From the human T2T-CHM13v2.0 reference genome, Homo sapiens, in assembly GCF_009914755.1 (NCBI RefSeq), contig NC_060945.1: a stretch of DNA of 64,000 bases. One strand, 5' to 3'. The notes under the pieces are model-generated. The model did not search any database. It was not told where the DNA came from and saw nothing but the letters and a program-made list of their open reading frames with translations. Position numbers and translations under genes: made by a program. Shown one piece after another: positions 58,848 through 64,000 of the stretch. The number at the start of each line of letters is the position of its first letter. The first letter of the stretch is position 1.

Positions 58848-59349
58848 GAAGGCACAACTTTTATTTTTTTTAGCATTTCTTTTGTAAGCATGTGTTTTAT
58901 ATACTTTATGCTATGCAGACATTAGTCAGTGTTTTTAGCAACTTCCAGAAAATACATGAGGAGAGTGTACTTTTGAAGCTAAAATACATGGCTTCAATTA
59001 TGTTTTGAAATGAAAGACTTTTGTTGTAAAATTGTTGAATTCTTCATTAAATGACTCGGGTTTTAAGACAGCTGTAATAATAACTAACATTACATTACTA
59101 ATGTGATTATGATCTTCCTGTGTATTACAAACTATATTTCATGCTGGGTGATGGGACTTAGGGCTTACTGTGAGATGATTCTAGCTTCATAGCCCAGATT
59201 GCTGGTTATTAGACTCCAGCTCATACGGCATCACTCTTTCTTATTCTTAGCAAGAACATGGACAAGTTTTCATTTTCAGTGTACCTTCCTCACCCTACAG
59301 AACGGTTGAGAGGTTATATCTTAGGCCTGTTAAAATCATGGTTGCTTTC

Positions 59350-59653
<304 letters not shown>

Positions 59654-61079
59654 TCATGGTTGCTTTCAGAAAATGTCAACGTTAAAATTACATCTACATA
59701 AAAACTTGGTTACAGCAGGACATACCTCCTCCAAATAAAAGTATGTTGTGATACCTCTTTCTTTTTGTAGCCATATCTCTGCAGATATATTTCTGTATAT
59801 TTTTATATTAAAAAAGTAACAGATCTTAAATATGTCTCCTTGTGTTTTCTGTACTTTACCATATTTTTATGACACTTAAACATTTTACACTTAAGAATAA
59901 CACAGATATAAAATTTGTAAAGAAATTAAAATATATCATTTTTAGTATCAGTAGTGCAAATGCAAAAGTTAAAATGAAAAAGTGTCTTCCTGAATCTCCC
60001 TGAACTGTGAAAGAGATTTTCTAGAAAATAAATTTACTAGAGTGCTTGAAAAAAGCAAGTATGCAAACTACATGACTCAAATTTGGAAAAATTTGATATT
60101 AAGTGAATGCAAATTAGCCTTGATGGACAAAAAGCAATAAAAGATTATCCCGGATTGCTCTTCCCTTTACTAAAGCAGATGTTGACAGAAATATTGCAAT
60201 CCCCACTATGTTGACAAGCTACAACCCACAAATGACATTGCTATTTTCAACAGAGAAAAAGTTCACAGCTTAAAGCTTTTCACCAATAATAATACTGTGC
60301 TCAATTTTAAAATAATATTTATATTTTATAGATAATGATTGAAAATTTTATGAATGAAATAATAATGAAACCTTCTACCAATACTCAGAAAGAAAACACA
60401 GGTATGGCTGTGTTAAGAAATTCAATGATAATATTAAAAACAGCTAGCTCTTAATCATATTTCAGGCCATGTTCAAATTTCTTATGCATATAAACTTTAT
60501 GCACATAATGCATTTAAGATACAACATATCAACCATTCTCTAGGGTGAGGAAGGTTTGCTGAATATGAATACTTGTCCATGTGCTTCTTAGAAACGAACA
60601 ACAACAAAAAAAACAATGAAGCTGCATGAGCTGGAGGTTAATATCCAGCAATTCAGAATATTAAGCTACAGCCATCTCACAGTAAGCCCTAAGTTCCATC
60701 ACCCAGCATGAAATATAGTTTGTAATACACAGGAAGATTATAATCACATTGGTAATGTTAGTTATTATTACAGCTGTATTAAAACCTGAGTCATTCAATA
60801 AAAAACTCAACAATTTTACAACAAAGTTCCTTGTTTCAAAACATAATTGAAGCCATGTATCTTAGCTTCAAAGCACACTCTCCTCATGTATTTTCTGAAA
60901 GTTAAAAAAAAAAACAACCATTGACTAGGGTCTGCATAGTGTAAGTCTATAAAACACATGCTTAGAAAAGAAATATCTAAAAATATTATCAAATAACCCT
61001 ATGGAACAGGCATCATTATTATTATTGGAGTCAGACTCAATCAGAAATTTGATTTCCAAGCATCTCATCAGATATTGGG

Positions 61080-62492
61080 CCTTTCTTTTTCATGGGAATC
61101 TATGTGAATGACCCCAGTGGTTCAGTCAGAAATTAATCTATTTGCATAGTTGATGGCTTTTAAGAGGAGTGATTTTTAATTTAACAGTGTGTAGTTTTCC
61201 ATGTGACAGACCAAACATATAGATTACTTGCAAAAGGAGAAGAGTCATAGTTCTACCTTCTGAACAGAGTGACCTCATCTACTTCTGGTTCTGCAGAGCT
61301 GGAACTGAGGTTGAATGGTTCCAGCATCCTAATAGATATCTGGTTGTAGCTTCATCCAACCATCAGGGATCCAGGCCCAGGTATTTAGGGGAACCTCTGC
61401 TTCCTAATCATGTGCCCCTTTGAGTTGACAGCTTTGCTTCAGTACATGGAGTGGGGCATAAACTCCCCATACAACCCCAGTGGATAGCACCCAATTATTC
61501 ATGTAAAGCAAAAATGCCACTGGGGCAAAGCAGGTGTGGTCTTCAATACACTAATTCCATTTTGGAAGCTTTCACATCTTGTTAATCATGGAATACTAGT
61601 AGACTTAGCACAAAATGGAAATTCAGGCTGAGAAGTCACATGGCCTTGCTGAGTCAGGCCTTCATTTTCAACAAGAGATTAGTGGCAAGCAAATAGCAGC
61701 TTCTAAAAGAAGGTGTACTTGGTAGCTGTGTTAGGGAAACCTCTAAGTCCAAAACTCCAAGGATCATCCTGGGGTGGAGGTTGCCTCCCTTTGCTAAAGG
61801 TTTAGTCAACAAAATTATCAGTCACCAAGACTTGTTCTGTCTCCATATACAAACTGATGAACAAAGTGCTAGGCCTTCGTTTTGATGGTAGGGGTCTGAA
61901 AAGACAGCAGTTTTCCCTAAACTGCTGGATGGATGACATGAATCTGCCCATGTAGTCCTCCAAAATTTATTTGGTCCATGAATTTTATTGGGTTTTCTGT
62001 CATCGCTGCTGATATAGGTATGTTAACATTACAGGCAGGACAGCTGATACTGCTGCTTCTAACTTACCAAATCCCATGGACGTCATCTATATAATAAAAG
62101 AATTAGTTATGAGATGGTGGAGGTCCTTATGCTAAATCCTCATGCTAAATCCCCACCAACTGGTGGTAAATGAGAAGGAAGTCTGTTGCATTATTCTCTC
62201 TCTCTTTCTCTCTCTCTCGCACTTCTTCCTCAATCAGGTTGACTCTATGATATTTATGGGATGAAGAAGTTCAAACATACAACCCATCAATTCCTGTTAT
62301 GTATTCAAGTGTAAAAGCAACAAAAAAAGAGTCCATTGAATTGGCCCAAAGAGCCCCACATACAAGGTCATGTTTGCTTTGTTCCCTTCCATTGTGAACC
62401 TTGCTTGAACTTATGAGTAAAATTCAAGTGTCCTCTCGTTTTTCAAGTCTTGGGCATCTGTATCCACAGAGCCATAAAAATGTAATTACCTC
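61080..62492 (-). pseudogene. Second fossil class III (ERV-L/HERV16-like) pro-pol remnant
   Basis: Minus-strand VDTDAQ (protease DTG position, 62450-62467); RT N-terminal and connection/RNase H-like DNA at 61620-61900. Confidence 0.6.
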
Positions 62493-62532
62493 TGTATTAG
62501 TCAGGGTTCTCCAGAGGGACAGAACTAAGAGG

Positions 62533-62578
<46 letters not shown>

Positions 62579-62973
62579 GAGTTTATTAAGGAATATTAAC
62601 ACACATGATCATGAGGTGAGGTCTCACAATAGGCCATCTGCAAGCTGAAGAACAAGGAAGCCAGTCTGAGTCCTAAAGCTGAAGAACTTGGAGGCTGATG
62701 TTTGAGGGCAGGAAGCATCCAGCATTGGAGAAAGATGTGGATGTAGGCTGGAAAGCTAAGCCAGTCTAATCTTTCATGTTCCTCTGCCTGTTTTTTTCTG
62801 GCCATACTGGCAGCTGATTAGATAGATTGTGCATACCCAGATTGGGAGTGAGTCTGCCTTTCCCAGTCCACTGACTCAAATGTTAATCTTCTTTGGCAAC
62901 ACCCTCATAGACACACCCAGGAACAATACTTTGCATCCTTCAATCCAATCGAGTCAACCTTCAATGCATCACA
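62493..62973 (-). mobile_element. MLT2A-type ERVL solo LTR
   Basis: tgtattagtcagggttctccagagggacagaact...tttgcatccttcaatccaatc...catcaca; TSD acctc/ccctc. Confidence 0.92.
62535..62573. repeat. (CA)n microsatellite inside MLT2A
   Basis: About 19 uninterrupted CA units. Confidence 0.95.
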
Positions 62974-63049
62974 CCCTCCATTCCCCAAAGTTCCCCAGAA
63001 TATTTAGTCTTTTTCTTCTTTTCTTTTTTGTGTATCTATAGTTGGAATT

Positions 63050-63902
63050 TTATCCACCTATAAAAGCCAATGAAGTACTAATACATGCTACAATTTAGAC
63101 ACAAAAATATGAACCTAGGTGAAAGAAACCAGACACAAAGGTCACAGATGGTGTGATCACATTTATATGAAACATTCAGAAGCTGGAAATGCAGAGACAG
63201 AAAGCAGGTTGATGGTTGTCAGGGGCTTGCATGAGGAAGGAGTGGAGAGTGATTGCTCCATGGAACTCAGTTCCTTGTTGGCATGATGAGAGTCCTTTGG
63301 ACTAGATAGAGGTGGTTGTTGCAACACTGAAAATGTACTAAATGCCACCGAATTATATACTTTAAAAGAGGGATTTCCTAAGTCCCAGGCCATGGACCAG
63401 TACTAGTCTGTGGCCTGTTAGGAACTGGGTCGCTCAGTAGGAGGTGAGGAAGGGGCCAGCAAGCATTACCACCTGAGCTCTGCCTGCAGTCATATCAGTG
63501 GTGGCATTAGATTCTCATAGAAGTGGAAACCCTATTGTGAACTGCACATGACAGGGATCTAGGTTGCAAGCTCCTTATAAGAATGTAATGCCTGATGTTC
63601 TGTCACTGTCTCCCATCACTCCCAGATGGGACTGTCTAGTTGCAGGAAAACAAGCTCAGGGCTCCCACCGATTCTACATGATGGTGAGTTGTATAATTAT
63701 TTCATTATATTTTACAATGTAACAATAATATGAAGTGTATAATAAATGTAGTGTGTGATTGAATCATCTATCCCCAAACCACCCCCAACCCTGTCCATGG
63801 GAAAACTGTCTTCCATGAAACTAGTCTCTAGTGCCAAAAAGGTTGGGGATTGCTGCTTTAAAATGCTCAACTTTATGTTATCAGGATTTTACCTTAATAA
63901 AA
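63050..63902 (+). mobile_element. L1MB-type 3' end split by MER1A
   Basis: aatgaagtactaatacatgctacaa...gaaagaaaccagacacaaagg...atactttaaaa | tgctcaactttatgtta...cttaataaaa. Confidence 0.85.
63368..63855 (+). mobile_element. MER1A (hAT-Charlie non-autonomous DNA transposon)
   Basis: ggccatggaccagtac...cattagattctcatag...ggaaaacaagctcagggctccc...aaggttggggattgctg; perfect 8-bp TSD ctttaaaa. Confidence 0.92.
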
Positions 63903-64000
63903 GAAATTTAAGGAACAGAGACATGGTTCTATGCAGATTTCTTTTACCTTAAGAAGTTGCACCACAATCCAGTGCTTCTGATGTGAGGTGGAATTTCTAG

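Noticed and set aside
59950-60130. Octamer (ATGCAAAT)-like cluster
   Set aside because: The motif occurs many times across this AT-rich window, with no clear local enrichment.
62810-62955. MLT2A as a DUX4/ZGA-activated promoter
   Set aside because: Both DUX-like sites look damaged (tgattagatagattg with a 4-bp duplication; caatccaatcg).

Overview
This window is AT-rich, CpG-depleted primate genomic DNA, most likely human or another ape (AluY, L1PA4/5 and MER1A are present). It is intergenic or deep-intronic. I find no intact protein-coding gene, RNA gene or CRISPR-like system. The recognisable long ORFs are broken LINE-1 ORF1/ORF2, Alu read-through or degraded ERV-L pol. Much of the sequence is layered transposon debris: about 17 Alu elements or fragments, several L1s from L1M to L1PA4/5, many MaLR/ERV-L/ERV1/ERV-K solo LTRs, two fossil ERV-L internal regions, a MER1A hAT element, and MIR/L2 remnants. 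I cannot support a novel biological system here. The observations most worth checking are: (1) a strongly defined non-coding minus-strand exon in unique sequence at 47458-47600 with a TF-motif cluster; (2) a 56-bp locally templated copy of a MER21 LTR segment inserted 2.56 kb away; (3) a fossil ERV-L provirus with readable protease/RT motifs, cut off by a TSD-less L1PA insertion; (4) a twin-primed inverted ancient L1MA; (5) several ultra-short TPRT insertions and nested or deleted elements. Repeat subfamily names come from recalled consensus features and need RepeatMasker/Dfam confirmation.
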